Source: the human T2T-CHM13v2.0 reference genome, Homo sapiens. From it: 64,000 bases of DNA. Position 1 is the first letter of the stretch, and each line of letters starts with the position of its first letter. The stretch lies in assembly GCF_009914755.1 (NCBI RefSeq), contig NC_060931.1; one strand, given 5' to 3'. Below the pieces are notes generated by a model, which did not search any database, was not told the origin of the DNA, and was given only the letters and a program-made list of their open reading frames with translations. Below, one piece after another: positions 14,401 through 28,239 of this stretch. The translations under genes were made by a program, and so were the position numbers.

Positions 14401-17105
14401 TTTCTTCATTTGCTCTGCTCCTGATAACATCAGATTGAAACCAGGAAACAGTTGTGAAAATAAAGACATTGGAAGGAAACACAGAATTTTAATGAGCATC
14501 TTCTCTCTGGAACAGCCCATGTCTAAGACCGGCTTCTGTGATGGTCTTTAATGCTTCCATAAAGGTGGCATCTTAGATGTGAGAGGGAGCACCTTTAACC
14601 CACGATGCCTGCAACCCTTCCCGTTGTCATGGGAGACCCCAGTCACACCGCAGCAAAGCCCCTCCAGCCAGACTGCCGTTGGTGAGACAAATCCCTCCCT
14701 TCCCGGCTCCCACGGAGGATGACTCACCGGGCAATTAAGTTCTAAGGGCTTCCAAAAAAGTCAGTGGTGCCTTCAAAGTTCACAGATCCAACACGACCTC
14801 TGTGAGCAAAGCCAGCCTTGAGAGGCCCCACAGGCTGAACCTTGCTTTTCAGTTTCATAGTCAGACAATTTAAAATAGCCAGTCAGTAAGAAACAAGTCA
14901 TCCGCCTTCAGAGCAGCCCAGGCCTGACGTGGAAGTAGAGAACGGGCAGCTGTTTTTTTTACAAGAAACTTTTGCACCTTCCTAATTTTCTTTTTGCTCA
15001 GAATAAGGGCTGATTTTCATGTGCCATCCCTGTCATCACCCGCATCTTCAGCCTGCAGCGCGTAGGGAGGACTCCCCATGGGCGGGCAGGACTCTGGACC
15101 TGAGAATTGCACAGGATGGTTTCCAAGAGGGTTTACATGCTCCCCCGCCCCCCGTCCCCTGCCCACAGACCTGCTCTTACCACATCAAGATCTTAGTTCA
15201 ATGTATCGATTCATTCTTATCGAGCATGTAAAGGTCCCCGGTGGGTGCTGTGGGTCTATTGGACAGACCTGGCCTTTGGGAAGCCAAGGCTGTCCCCACA
15301 CGGGCTGGTCTGGTGTGGGCAACAAGGCCCGCTCTGCACCCAGGCCTGCCTCCATCCAACACAATGAGGAAGTCACCCTACACTGGAGGGATGGTGACGA
15401 GACGTCACCGCAGAGGCGGCAGAAGGGATAAAGGGGAGGTAGGGATGAATAGGGCCCTGGTGTTCGGGATGGGACGGGCCACCCCGGGCTGAGATGGAAG
15501 CTCAGGGGACGGGGGTCTGCACAGGGCTGGACAGATGGGAGGGTCTGCAGGGATAAAGTGGGAGGGGGGGCGGTGCAACGGAGGGAGCCGGGCAAACAAA
15601 GGCTCAGAAGCAGAGGAGCCCAGCCCAGGGACACAAAAGGTATTCACATCCTTCCATTCGGTGGCCACCACAGCTTAATTAAGCCAAAGGAAGGGCAGGG
15701 GCATGCGGGCTGGGGGCGGAGCGGCTACTGGAGCAGCTGCTTCTCCATTTTCGGAACTGCACGTCGTTCTGGGGCCCAATTATTCTACCTAAAACTGATC
15801 TGAGTGACACCTGAACTGCACAAGGCCTGAAGGACGCCCTGAAGAGCTTCTTCCTACCAGACCCCCGAAGGCCAGGGTCTGGGGGCCTGCTGGGAATCCC
15901 GGTCTCAGAGGTCTCAGCTCTGACCGAAGGGTGCTGAGCCCTAAGGTCTGTACGGGGAGTTTCTAAAAGTCTACGCTGTACCCCAAGAAGGGGACGGGTG
16001 GGGCAGCAGCCCTGGAGGAAAACCCGTGAGCGAGTCGTGGAGGGAGTGTGAGGGTTTTTGGGGAGTGAACTTTGCAGAGGGTGCTGGGAGCAGCCGGCCC
16101 GAGGACACCGCTGACTGGGGTACAGGGGCCACGGGTCGCACGTGGGGTGTCAGCTCTGCCGCCTCACTTGGGGTTGATTTGAAATCTCAAGATGTGTCTG
16201 AAAACCCCCCCTGGAGAAGCGAGGGGCCCACTGGGAACGGGAAGGCCTGAGCAAGACAGACGCATGCCCGGGGCGAGGAAGGGGAGCCTGGAAATCCACC
16301 CTCAGAAGAATCAGACACGTTTTCTAGACTTTCCCCTTCACATTTCAGCTTCACGTTTGGGGCTCACTTAACAATTTGTATATTTGTTCTCCTTGAATCT
16401 GGTAGAGAATAAGAAATCCCTGGGATGGGGACAGAAATAATTCTGAAACTCACACACCAGCTCCAGTTTCCATCCAATTTAGTATTTTGTTTTGCAAAAA
16501 AAATCTGCATTGTATTTCCTCCCACTCAGGAACATCCGATCTCTGGTTTCAGGGTGCGTTTTACAGGCCAGGAAAGGTGATTCCAGGTCGGGAAAGGCCA
16601 TTCCAGGAAGATTGCGTTATTGTCCACTCTCCTGCATCATCGTCTTCACCAAAAAAGCTGAAAGCGACGAAACGCCTACCCAGAGGGCAAATCCAGCTTC
16701 CGCTCTCCTCAGAGGTACTCAGTCCAGTTATACATCAATGTGAGAATAGTCCCAGCACTTATCACTTGTAAACTCTTTTAATTGATTAGCTATTAAATGG
16801 CATAAGATCAATCCAAGTTTAAACCTGTATATCAAATCCACATTCCACAAACTCTGTAGTGAATTATGTATTTTAAAACATGTAGCTTTACTGGCTAATG
16901 TAATCGTCTGCGAATCTTCCCATCTGTTCTTCAAGTCACTGTACCTGGAGGCGCACACTAGCACAGACCCAGACACTCAATTCTGGGGCTGCATTATTAT
17001 CCTGTACATTAAAAAATCTTGAAAGGGTGCTTGTTCACACCTGCCACCTTTCTAGTGAGTCTCTTGTACTTGCTAATAGAGAAATAACATACCCAGGTTC
17101 CATCC

Positions 17106-17362
17106 TTTTTTTTTGAGATGAAGTTTTGATTTCGGCTCACCGCAACGTCTGCCTCCCAGGTTCAAGCAATTTTCCTGCCTCAGCCTCCCGAGTAGCTGGG
17201 ATGACACGTGCACGCCACCACACCTGGCTAATTTTTGTATTTTTAATAGAGACGGGGTTTCGCCATGTTGGCCAGGCTGGTCTCAAATTCCTGACCTCAG
17301 GTGATCTGCCTGCCTCGGCCTCCCAAAGTGCTGGGATTACAGGTGAGCCCCTGTGCCAGTCC
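17106..17362 (-). mobile_element. Alu with an internal deletion in the right arm
   Basis: Poly-T, gagatg, then a jump to tcggctcaccgcaac; left arm runs to gtgctgggattacagg. Confidence 0.9.
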
Positions 17363-17627
17363 CAAGATTTCATTCTTAACCATCAGTAATTCTCCCAAAG
17401 CAGAAAAGCCACGGAGACGTTACATTTTGAGCAACAAAGTTTCAGAACAGCTGGCTGGATGAAGAAGGGAGCACTATTCTGCAGCCCCCATGGAACAGGA
17501 AAAGCCGCTGTTCAGACACCTGCAGAAATGCCTGACTCTGCCCACCTCACGTCCACATAAACCTGAAAAAATGGGAGAGGAGTAGCTAGCTGTCTGCCCC
17601 TGGAAGCCCCTCCATTTCCCTTGTGCA

Positions 17628-17765
17628 TCCTGGCCCCTCTCTCTCTGAGCTCAGGCCCTTCCATGCTCCTCTCCCGCCCCACAGAGGCCCCCTCTGTCCT
17701 GGCCCCTCTCTCTCTGAGCTCAGGCCCTTCCATGCTCCTCTCCCGCCCCACAGAGGCCCCCTCTG
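17628..17765. repeat. 69-bp perfect tandem duplication
   Basis: tcctggcccctctctctctgagctcaggcccttccatgctcctctcccgccccacagaggccccctctg x2. Confidence 0.9.
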
Positions 17766-20700
17766 CCGTTGCCTTTTTCTTCCTCTCCCACGTTCTGTTC
17801 TCACGTACTCTGAACCCCACGCGGCACCCAGGGCTCCCCGCGTTCTCTGAGCCCCATGCCCGCCCCACCCGGCACCCAGGGCTCCCCTAGGGTCACAGTG
17901 TTGTCTGTTTCCGGGTTCACACTGGGGAGTCCTTCACAAAGGCAGACTGGGCCGACTCTGATGTAAGATCAAGTTCTCTGCTGTCCCCGTTGTTCCAGAA
18001 TATGGGATTCTACCCTTAGAAGCGATAAGCTTTCTGAGAAAACGCCTTCTGGGTCAGCTCCAAGTTCAGCTATCCCGAGGTTCCAAGGCTGTCTGCCCAC
18101 CCAGACCCAAGGTGTCCAATCCTTAGGGGTGACCCTCGGGCCAACACCAATCACAGCTCTGGGGACCCCCACGTGTCAGCCATGGCAAAATGAACCCCCA
18201 ACACAGCAGGGGAGGGAAGGAGGAGGCGGGGCTCACAGAGCAGAGAGCCATGGAGAGCTCCGGGCCGAAGGGGACTTGGGCCTGGGAGAGAAGAGACAGC
18301 CAGGCGGCGAGGGACTTGTCCTGTGGAGGCCTCCCCAGGAGGCGAGGGTGGGGGGACTCCTGCTGGAGGCGGCCGGCAGATCAGCCTTCCTTATCCACGT
18401 CCTCGAAGTGATCCCCGTTTGACATTTGGAAATGACTTTCATCTGCTGGGTCCTCCTCGGTTTGACGTGCAATTGCTTTTCCCGAAGCTTTCTCCTCTTG
18501 TAACACCCAGCTCCTGCATGCCGTGGCGGCTCCAGCCATCATTCCTCATCCCACCACCCCGCGCAGCGTCTTGCCTCCTTTTATGCCGGTGTACGTGTTG
18601 TGTTAAGAGCTGGGCTTTGCCATTTTTGACAGGCTAATGCATTTCACCACAGATAATGCCATTCACCACAGAGGCGCATTCTCTCTCGTGCCCATCAAGG
18701 CAGAGGCTGAGAAGAAGGTCTGCTTTACAGCAACGGCCTGAGGACCCTCGGCCCCAAGGTGAGGCCCCGCGCAGGTACCTCTGTACACGCCTGTGGAGTC
18801 CCACCCTGTCGTGTGCACGAGGCTGTCACCTGGAGATTCCGGCCCTGCCGGGCGTCTCCTCCCACGCCGAGCTCCTCCTGCCGGGGGGGTCTGCACAGTT
18901 CTGGGTGGGGGAGGCTCCAGGAGCTACCCGAGGCTTCTTCTCCTTGCCAACAACGATGCCCTCCTCCCGAGGGACGGTGGCCCCAAGGGGAGCCGGGAGA
19001 GCAGAGGCTACAGGCAGGGAGTGGGGAGACCCAGCCTTCAAGCACAGCGCCCCTTGGGTGGGACTTGCCTCTTGCTCACACCCACTCCTACCTCCTGGTA
19101 CCCGCCTGCTGGAATCTCCTCCCCACCGCCTACTGTTTCTTTTGAAATCCCAGTTTAATCCACTTTTTTACACTTCCCTTTACTCCCTCAAGTGTCTCCT
19201 CCCAACACCCACTTTATTTCACAGCGGCTCGCGTCCTTCGGAGAGCCTGCCTCCCGCCATGGGCAGCAGGGTTCCCGCTGAGCTGGGCCCACCTGACCAG
19301 GGCTTCCCTCCTGCCGAGCCCTCACCTCGATGTGAGCCCTGAAGCCCCTTGGGCTGGGAGGTGAGGTGTTCAGAGCACAGATGCCCGAGGCTGCACCTGC
19401 ACCAAGACCTGACCTTACCCCCCAGGGCCCCGGACCACACAGGGGCTCACCCGGGTGTTGGCTCACCCGGGCGCCTTCTCCGAACACCTTCCATCAAGTG
19501 TCTTGAATTCTGCAGAGCAGCCCAGGTTTCAGGGCTTTGCTTCTGTTTTCTTCTCTGGAAGTGCATGCTTTGCAGACACCAATGTCCTCAGTTTTAGTTC
19601 AGAAAATGTGTCCCGCCTCTCTAATCAGGTCTAAGGGAGGGGAGCAGCTCATGCCGAGGAGGAAGTGTGCGGAAACGGGTACCCTGGAAACGGGAGGAGC
19701 AGGCAGGAATCCAACACCCATCCCAGCCCCGCGGGCACTGACAGTCGCTGCAGACCGGGCAAGTCACCCTCGGGCAGCGCTTCAGAGCTGACGTGGCACC
19801 CGCACCCACAGGGCTGCCCTCATCCGCATGGCGGCCCAAGAGGAGGCCCCAGTTCATAGATGAGGAAGGCGGCCTTCGGGAGGGAGGGGCTGGGCCTCGC
19901 ACCCCAGGGAATGGAAGGGCAATGGCACCTTTCTTCCATGAATTTCACCATTGGAGAAAAAGTTAAAAGATGAAAAGTGTGGCAAGAGGGGAATAAGATA
20001 AGAAGGAAGAAACGGAGGGGGGTGAAAGCAGGCAGAATGTGCCTCTTCTGATCCTCTTGGGGTCACTCAGCCACACCGAGCCATGGACCGTCCCTTGGAG
20101 CGCCACAGACTGCAGGGTTTGTCCTTGTCACGAACTCAAAGAGCTGACCTCTCTGGGCCGGCACACAACTTGCAGCCGAGTCCTTTCCACGACACCCCAG
20201 CTCCCTGTCTAAACTCTTGGCCTGACTGGGAGGACCTCTTCCCTCTAGCCCAGTTCCTCCTGGCAGCCCTGCAAATGCCCACCCTCTTGGGTCTGTCCCT
20301 ACCCTGCAGATGGCTCCAGCACCTGCCCCAGCCACGCCTCCATCTCCCGCCAGCCGCCAAGAGCTCCACCCACCACCTGGCCCAGCCCCTCCTCTGTCAT
20401 CTCCAAGGATTTGATTTCAGTTTCACACGAATCACCTCCTAGTGATGCGTGGACTAATGCTGTTTACCGCCGGTTCACTTTCATTGCAAACTCCTCATCT
20501 CCAAGAAATCATCAACCGAGAAAAGAAAGGATGTCACCTTTTCCCAAATCTCCCACAGTGCCTCACACTACGAGGGAAGATGGTGGAGGAGCTGTCCAGA
20601 CCCACGGGACAGAAAAGCCCGGGCCAGCCCCTCAACACCCTGCAGTGGGGACAGCGCAGCTGGGGACCGCCCAGTGCAGCTCTGCCACTGGCCCTGTGGG

Positions 20701-23700
20701 CTGGGGCGCCTCTCAGTTTATCTGCTGCTGACTTTGCCCCCTTGTAAAACAGGGTTGGGAGATAATGAGATGCCTGGGGAAGGTGTCCTGGGTCCCTTTC
20801 CACAGGGTCCCTTTCCACGGGGTGGGTGACTGATGAGGACAGGGGGTGCCTAGGAACAGGGGCTCGGAAGGACCTGCTGTGCATGCAGGGGTCACCCCAG
20901 GAGCGACCCTGGCTTTGACGAGAAGGAAGTGTTCTCTGGTTCTGGCAGAGAAATGTGTGAGGCGGACTGGTACACAACACAAGCCTAAGGGAAGCAGCAC
21001 CCGCTCCACAGACACCACGCACACCGCCCCTCCCCTGGTGCTGTGTGAGCACCCATCCTCCTCCCGGGGCCCAGCCCTCTTCCTTGGCTGCTGGAGTGCA
21101 GGGTGAGCACGTCTGGAAGAAGCCTGCAGCCCCCACCTCCTTTCCTGCGCCCCTCCTTGTGTGTAGCAGGAAGTGGCTTCCTTAGGAAGCAGTTATTCGA
21201 GTCATACCCAGGTGTGAAAAGCTACCAAGGTCAAGGCAAACATAGGAATGGCCTAGTGCCAAAATGAAGCCACAGAATTCAGCCCTCCACATTTTATGTC
21301 TCAGACTTTCCAATTTTTTTTTTATTTCCAAATATCTCACTGCGTGGTCTCTGTGATTTTAATTAAGTCTGATCTAATGACTACTGTCTGATGGGGGGAG
21401 TGGCTTGCTGTACCCCAACGAGCAGCATGCTTCTGTTTTATGTTTAGAGGTTTCTCTGGCCACCTTTCGAGACTTCATTGTTCTCTGAAGATCGAGCTCT
21501 ATCTCTCAGGAGCTGTATCTGAGGAAGCATTTTGGGCAAAACGGCAGGATGTACACTGCTTTTGGAAACTGCATCTGTGAACACTTCAGATTTATGAGAA
21601 AAATGCACTTCAAAGGGGCACTTTCCAGAAAAACGTTCAGACTCATGGTGAAAAGGTATCTAGAAGATTCCATGGAGCCTGCAGAAACCAAGCCGGCTGA
21701 CCCCACATACTGATGATCTATACTGAACACACAGGCAAACAAAAACAGGTTCTTCCCACACTGGGGACGACACGTACCCTTTACCCTCATCATCCTGGCT
21801 AAATTCTGCAGGTTTCCTTCCGATTTCCTTCACATCAGAAACCATGGGATTTGGCACCAGCGTGACAACCATTTAGCATTTGCTGATTCCTAGTTAGTCC
21901 AGGGAAGTTCTGTGCCGCCATGGAGTATGGGAGGAGGGAGGCACGGCCTTGCCCTCCCGGGGCCTGGAGTCTGTTCCCGGACAATCTGCAAAACCGAATC
22001 CACGTCTCGAAAGTTTCAAGAGAATTCTACTGTAGACATCTGTACTATCAGCTACATTTGGAAAGGATTATAAAATTAGAAAAATTTCCATTTTCAGGCT
22101 TGACTTTACAATAAAATGTTCTCTAATCATAATTATTTCATAACAAATGATCTTTAATGTTGTATTTTTATACTTGTAAACTATTTGGCACAGTTTTCAC
22201 AGGGTGCCCTTCATTTTTGAAGCAGCATAGGTTTTGCTTATTTGAGTTTTGCAAAAAATATATTATTTTGACCTGGAAATTTAAATATATAGTGAGGAAA
22301 GCCATTCTAAGATACAGAGCTGATTGAAAAGGCTTTGTTAAAAACTTCTGGTGGGGTCAAGTAAACCTCAGTAAAAGTCACTGTTTTCCAATTTAATTGT
22401 GAACATCCTACTTCTATTACTCGTGATTACACCAATGCCTGAAGATTAAACTCACCTAGAGAAAGAACGGTCTCTTAAAGCCCCAGAGAATGAACCAAGG
22501 CGTGACCTGTGCTCTTTGTCAGAACTCAGCTTTCTGCACCGGGGGTAAGAAGTCAGGGTGCATTTGGGACTTGCAGACACGCCAGCCCCAGTCAACTGAG
22601 CACCCTCAGATCGCAGCAATTGCCACCACACTGTCACTGCCTTTGTAATCACTTGCTAATGGGAGCAGCAGCAGCGACCGAGACGTGCACTTAGCCGCTG
22701 TGTTTACAGGAGGTCCCCGTGGCCCGGATGCATGCTTTCCTCTGGGTTTGGTTCCAAAGGCCTCCAAGTACACAAGGAAACCTGCTGGGTATTGTGAAAT
22801 AAACCATCAAAAGAGAACTTGCTGAAAATTCTGCAGGAGTCTCTGCCCTCATGTCGGGGAAGGGAGAGTGGGCTGGCAGAATACTAAACTTGCTGCTCAA
22901 AGATGATCAAAGCCTCAAGGAAATGGATGCAACATTCAAAGAGACTCCGAGAGAAAAGGAGGAGAATGTCTTCTAATCATCTAACAACTTATTTTTGGCA
23001 CAGTTTTTACCCAATCACCTTCCATAGAAATAGGACACCTACATGAAAAAAGAATGCATAAAGTATACTGGTACCAAAAATCACAATTCTTCCATGTCTT
23101 CACATTATCCTTAGTGTGTGTGTGTGTACATGTGTGTATAAATATATATATACACACATATATGCATATATGACAGGCTATGCCAATTTGAAAAAAAAGA
23201 ATAAAAGTCAATAAAATTGGATTTTTACATCATGAAGTACAGAATTAATCCAAATATATCATGTTTTATCTATTTAGAAGAAAAAACAACATTTACTAAA
23301 ACAATGGGGAGAAGTTTGGTGCGAGTAGTCTGTTAAACAAATGACCTTTAAGAATATATTTCAGTTATTCTGAAAGTTAATACACCCAATTTTTGCTCCA
23401 GTCTGAGCAAATTAAACTTGGCTGGATTATCTGATGGGGTTGATATCCTGGTAAGTGTCAAAAATATGAGAGTCTGTCAAAAAAGATTTGCTTTTCCAAT
23501 AGGTAAGGCAAACAAAAATATCACACTCATGTAAATGAAGAAAGCTCTAACATCCTGACCCTGTCCATGAAATAGTTCTATTTTGAGGAAAAACAGGTAA
23601 ACATGTTTGAAGGTGTTTGCATTAGAAGCTAGTAATTCAATCTCCTTACTGCTTCAAAACTATTTTAAGAAAAGCTCTCTTACTCCCCAGGAGCACAACG

Positions 23701-26700
23701 TGGGCCCCCTGTGGTCCCAAGCCCAGGCTCTGACTCACACACACAGGGGTCGGGGCTGGGGGGTTCTGTACAAGCACTAATGATGTGCGTGCATTATCAG
23801 GGCTGAGGCGGACAAATGCTTTAGCAGAGGTTGGCAACATGAGGGCCCCCCAGGTCACGCGGGAAGTGCCTTGCCAGGACACTAACCCAGCTGCTGTTTA
23901 ACAGAGGACATGAGGATTCACCTTTTGGAACCCCAGGGAGGACGCAGCTCTACACCCTGAGGCCACCAGTGCCCCCCAGGATACCACCTCCACGCACCCG
24001 TCTCCTCCACTCCATCAGAACACCTCTGCTCCTGACCTTCCTTTCCCCAGGTAAGAACACAAGTTCTTTTGTTTAAAGTGTAACTTCATATTCTGATATT
24101 AATAAAACTTATGATATTGCCACCTACCATTCTCTCTCTCCGAGGTTACCTACCTCTCACCTACCTTGCACAATAATCTTTTTATTTTTCAGAAGCTTTA
24201 AGACAATGAATTGAGTAGTTCCAGCATGTCCCCATGAAATAAAGCATAAGATCAAATTGTTCCATTTTCCTTGTAACCCAGTGATGAGAGTTATCATCCA
24301 CAACCTCACTGTGATTATAGAATCAGCAAAGTACACAGGTTCAGTGAGCCAGAAATAAATACATTAATGCGAGAAGACACCTTTCCTGAAATTTGTTTTA
24401 TGTTTGCAATATTTTAAAAAACTTTTCAAACAGATTTTTACACTTCACAGGGGACTCATGGCTGTGATAGAAAACCCAAGTGAGATATGGATACGTTAAT
24501 GAATTAATACCTGCTTCATTTACCAAAGTAAATATCCTTTCCTTGTAACCGCAATTGTCTGAGTCCTTGACACGTTACTCAGCTAACTTCAAAGTGAACA
24601 ATCATACAGTCCCATCCTCACTACTGCGTCCTGCTCCGCCAAAACACAAATCACAACAACACAATGGTTCGGCACCTAGAACTTTCTCACCGGGAAACAA
24701 TCCACCGTGATGGGGCAAACCCCCACTTTAATCAAAGTACTTCCCTAAAGGGCATTTTGTGGTGATTTCAAAGCTAAACCAACCAGAAAGTCTTTACACT
24801 CATTTCATTTCCAAATTTTCCTAGATCACATTTTTAAAGAAAAAAAGTTTTTTTTCCTTTTTATTAATCTGGATTGAAGAAAAGCACACATTTCATTTAT
24901 TGTCTGGATTACAGATTCTTATTAAACAAACCGGAGCTCATTATAAAATCAATATCAACTTAACCACCATGCCCTCAGGAGGAACAGCAAAAAGGTCACT
25001 CCAAGAAATTCAAACAATTTTCCTGCTGGAAGGGCATGATTTTAATTACAGATACTATTAATTAGAGCTGTCACTGGGAAGGCTTTTTTTTTTCTGTTAA
25101 TTATCACAAACTCAGTCCTAAGTATGCATTTTCAACCTGCAGTTTTTTTTTCAAATTAGTCATTTCTGCATGCAAGTCCAACCTTTCCATTCTATCAATA
25201 TTTTATATTTGAATTTCAAAGTATATCAAAGGGCGCCACGCTTTCTAAAAATCTCTGCCTGTATGATCTTCCGTCTCTCACGCATGGAACAGAACTGGTG
25301 TGATAATTTATTTATGTACTGACACAGACTTGGCCTGAAGACCTGGCATCCTACATTGAAGGTCTTGCTCAATGGAATTTCTGGATAAATTCTTACTAGT
25401 TTATGTGACATTTTTTTCAGGCTGCTTCTTCAAACGTGATTTTCCTTTTGCTTTGAAGCAAAGCTATGCACTGCAACTGAAATGCCAGCCTCAACACATT
25501 TGAAGTTGCCATTTCTTTGTAAGAAAAAGATCGTCCTGACCGGGCTGGTGACCCTCTCCAGAAAACTGGAGGCTTCCTCCATTCAATGGCAATACCAGGA
25601 ATTTTGAAATGGGAGGAAAAGCTGTCTTGTGGTCAATCTCTTTTAAGCATAGAGATTGTGTAAATTCCTTATGTGGGGGAGGGTCCTGAGAGCTCACAGA
25701 GTATAGAAAAGCTAGCTCCAAGGAGCTCAGGCAGCAGGAGGGTATGGTGCTGGAGGGCGCTTTGTGGAGAGAGCTTGAGAGCCCACCCATGTAACTCTGA
25801 TGATGGAATAATAATATTTACTTTACATACGACTGTAAAAATGATGAATTATTTACAAGACGTATTGCACACTGTAATCATGTGACTAGAGAAAACAAAG
25901 GATCCAGTCCAATGAGGAAATCTTACACATGTACTGACCAAACTTTTAAAACAGTGGTTAAGGAGTCATCCTACCTTCCCAGATGGGAATATCTTCTCGG
26001 AATTAAATGATATTTTATATGCAAAGGAATCAAACGCCTTGACTGGTGTAAGTATTCTGGGCTTATGCTGCTGTTAAAACCGAAGGCCTATGTTCATTAC
26101 AGGACAATACTAAATACGAAATGTGCGCCATAGAACTTCCAGAAACTCTGTGGTTTTTTAAAAATGCCCGACTTGGTCTGAACTTGCCTTCCTCGCATCC
26201 TCCCCGGTTTCCAGCTCATTTCCAGGGGTGTCTGTGGTGCCTCTAGAGAAGGTGTCCCTCATGGGGACGCGTGTGGGTCACCTTCCCCTGGTCAGCGTTA
26301 GGCTTCACTGGACCGGACAACAGCACAGGGTGGCAACTGGGCAGGTCAAAGGATCTTTTCACAGAAGACCCCGAGGAAGCCGATGATTTTTGAGACATCT
26401 TCAAACACCTACACGCCAAATGATCTCGCAACTCTGGCACTTTTCAGTAGTAGTGGCCAAACTAAGATAACAGATAATACATCATTCATGTACTGTACTT
26501 TTTCCACACTTCTAATTAACAACATTCTTCCAGAGTTAACACGAGGCTATCCAAGAAGAGCAGACGGATACAGAGCTGCACAACTGTGGCTGCAACGTAT
26601 TTGCACGAATGCTGATGAGAAGTTCCAAACTGTCCTCATAAAAGACCCCAAACTATGATACAGGAACAACTGCTGGGAATGGAGGAGGGGCCAGAGAGGA

Positions 26701-26765
26701 ACGCCATCATCTGCCTGTTCAACAGATAAATCCGATATACCACTTTTTAAAAAGTCTCCTCTTAC

Positions 26766-26978
26766 CTGGTAGGCGGCAGTGGCATCTGCACCTGGGTCGC
26801 CCCCTAGTCCCGAGAGCTTCTCCTTCAGCCTGTGCTGAGAGCTATGGCGGAGGCAGTAGATGAGGCCAGAGGCCAGGAGGACGCCCAGGATGCAGGCGAG
26901 GGAGACCAGGGTGAGCGCGATGAACTTGGTGGAGTCTTCTTGCTCCGCCTGAGGAGGCAGGAACTTGAGTTTGCTTTT
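26766..26978 (-). CDS. PTPRN2: PTPRN2 transmembrane/juxtamembrane coding exon (213 nt, phase 0/0; probably exon 13)
   Basis: Translates [71 protein letters not shown], with a TM helix. Acceptor ctctctccttgttctgcAG at 26979-26980; donor CAG|GTAAGA; joins in frame to exon 315-509 (AYQ|ELC). Confidence 0.97.
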
Positions 26979-28239
26979 CTGCAGAACAAGGAGAGAGGGG
27001 TGTGTTAGCTCCTGACAAAGCATGACCTCCTAAAAACACACGTCTCCAAATGCAACTTGAAAGTGGAAAGCTCAGCCCCACAGGACGCTGTGCTGGCCCT
27101 GGAGCCACAACGGGAGGGCCCTGCGGAACAACCCCCGTCAAAGGAGAAGCAGAAATCATTTGAAAATAGCACATCGCAGATTGCAGCGTGCTCAAGAGGA
27201 CAGTCAGAGGCATCACTTTTTCCTTCAGTGGTGGCTGTTTTTCAAATTTATGTAACGTATTTGGCAGCTAATTTGCTGCCTTAAGTAAAGTATCCATCCC
27301 TTCTTCTAACCGGGCACAGCAGTTTGTCCAGAGCTTGCACAATGATTGTCGGGGGTGCTGGGGGGAGGCCAGGCTTGGCGGTGGAGGAGGGTGGGCAGGC
27401 CCGGAGCCTTCTGCAGCTTCAAGTAGCCACCAAGTCCAGCACATCTTCAGCAACAAAGGAACGTGGGACTGGCTCTGTGCATCTTCACAGAACATTCTCC
27501 CTCCCAGGTCAGGGGATTTGGATCCACCTGTCTTGAAAGGCGAGCGCTGGTCGAATCCCACCTGACTCCAGTCACTCTCCAGGAGTGGCCTGGTGCAGAC
27601 CACAACACTTGCCACCTATGCACCTACGTATTTTTCCTTGAAAGGAGCTGCAGAGCCTTTGGAACTTCACTTCTCAGCGAGGAAAACCCTTCAGATTCTC
27701 ACTGCTTCTTGGAGGGCGGGGGTAGGGCTGGTGAAAATATGAGAAAGCCCTTTCGGTGCATTTCACTTGTCTCCACGTGCAAATAGTTGCACGGCTCTCC
27801 CCTCATTAACTTCATTAGAAGGTATATTAGCAACAATTAAGGACGCCACAGGAAAATGGGAAGGCCGCCCCGCAGACCGCGCGCCCTGCACAATGACTCG
27901 GGGAGTGAATGGGGGAGCACGCCCGGCCTTGGTCCTGGCTGCTACAAGATGAGAACAATTAGCAAACCCCTTTCCACCACCTAATTTCGCGTGGTAACAA
28001 AATGGATTTTTCCCCATGAATGCCTGGCCGGCCTATTCATTATCTCTCTTCTATTAGTAATTTTCTGCTCCGTATTCAGCCTCCCAACTCTTCATTTCCT
28101 CCCGTCTCCCAGCGTACACAGTGCCTCTTATGTCAGGCCGGGCCCGTTTTTATCTTGTAATCATAAAGGCCACCAAAGCAATTATCGCCGGTCTTGACTG
28201 GAAAAGCTGGTCATTAATTAGCCTCCTTTTGCCTTCGGT

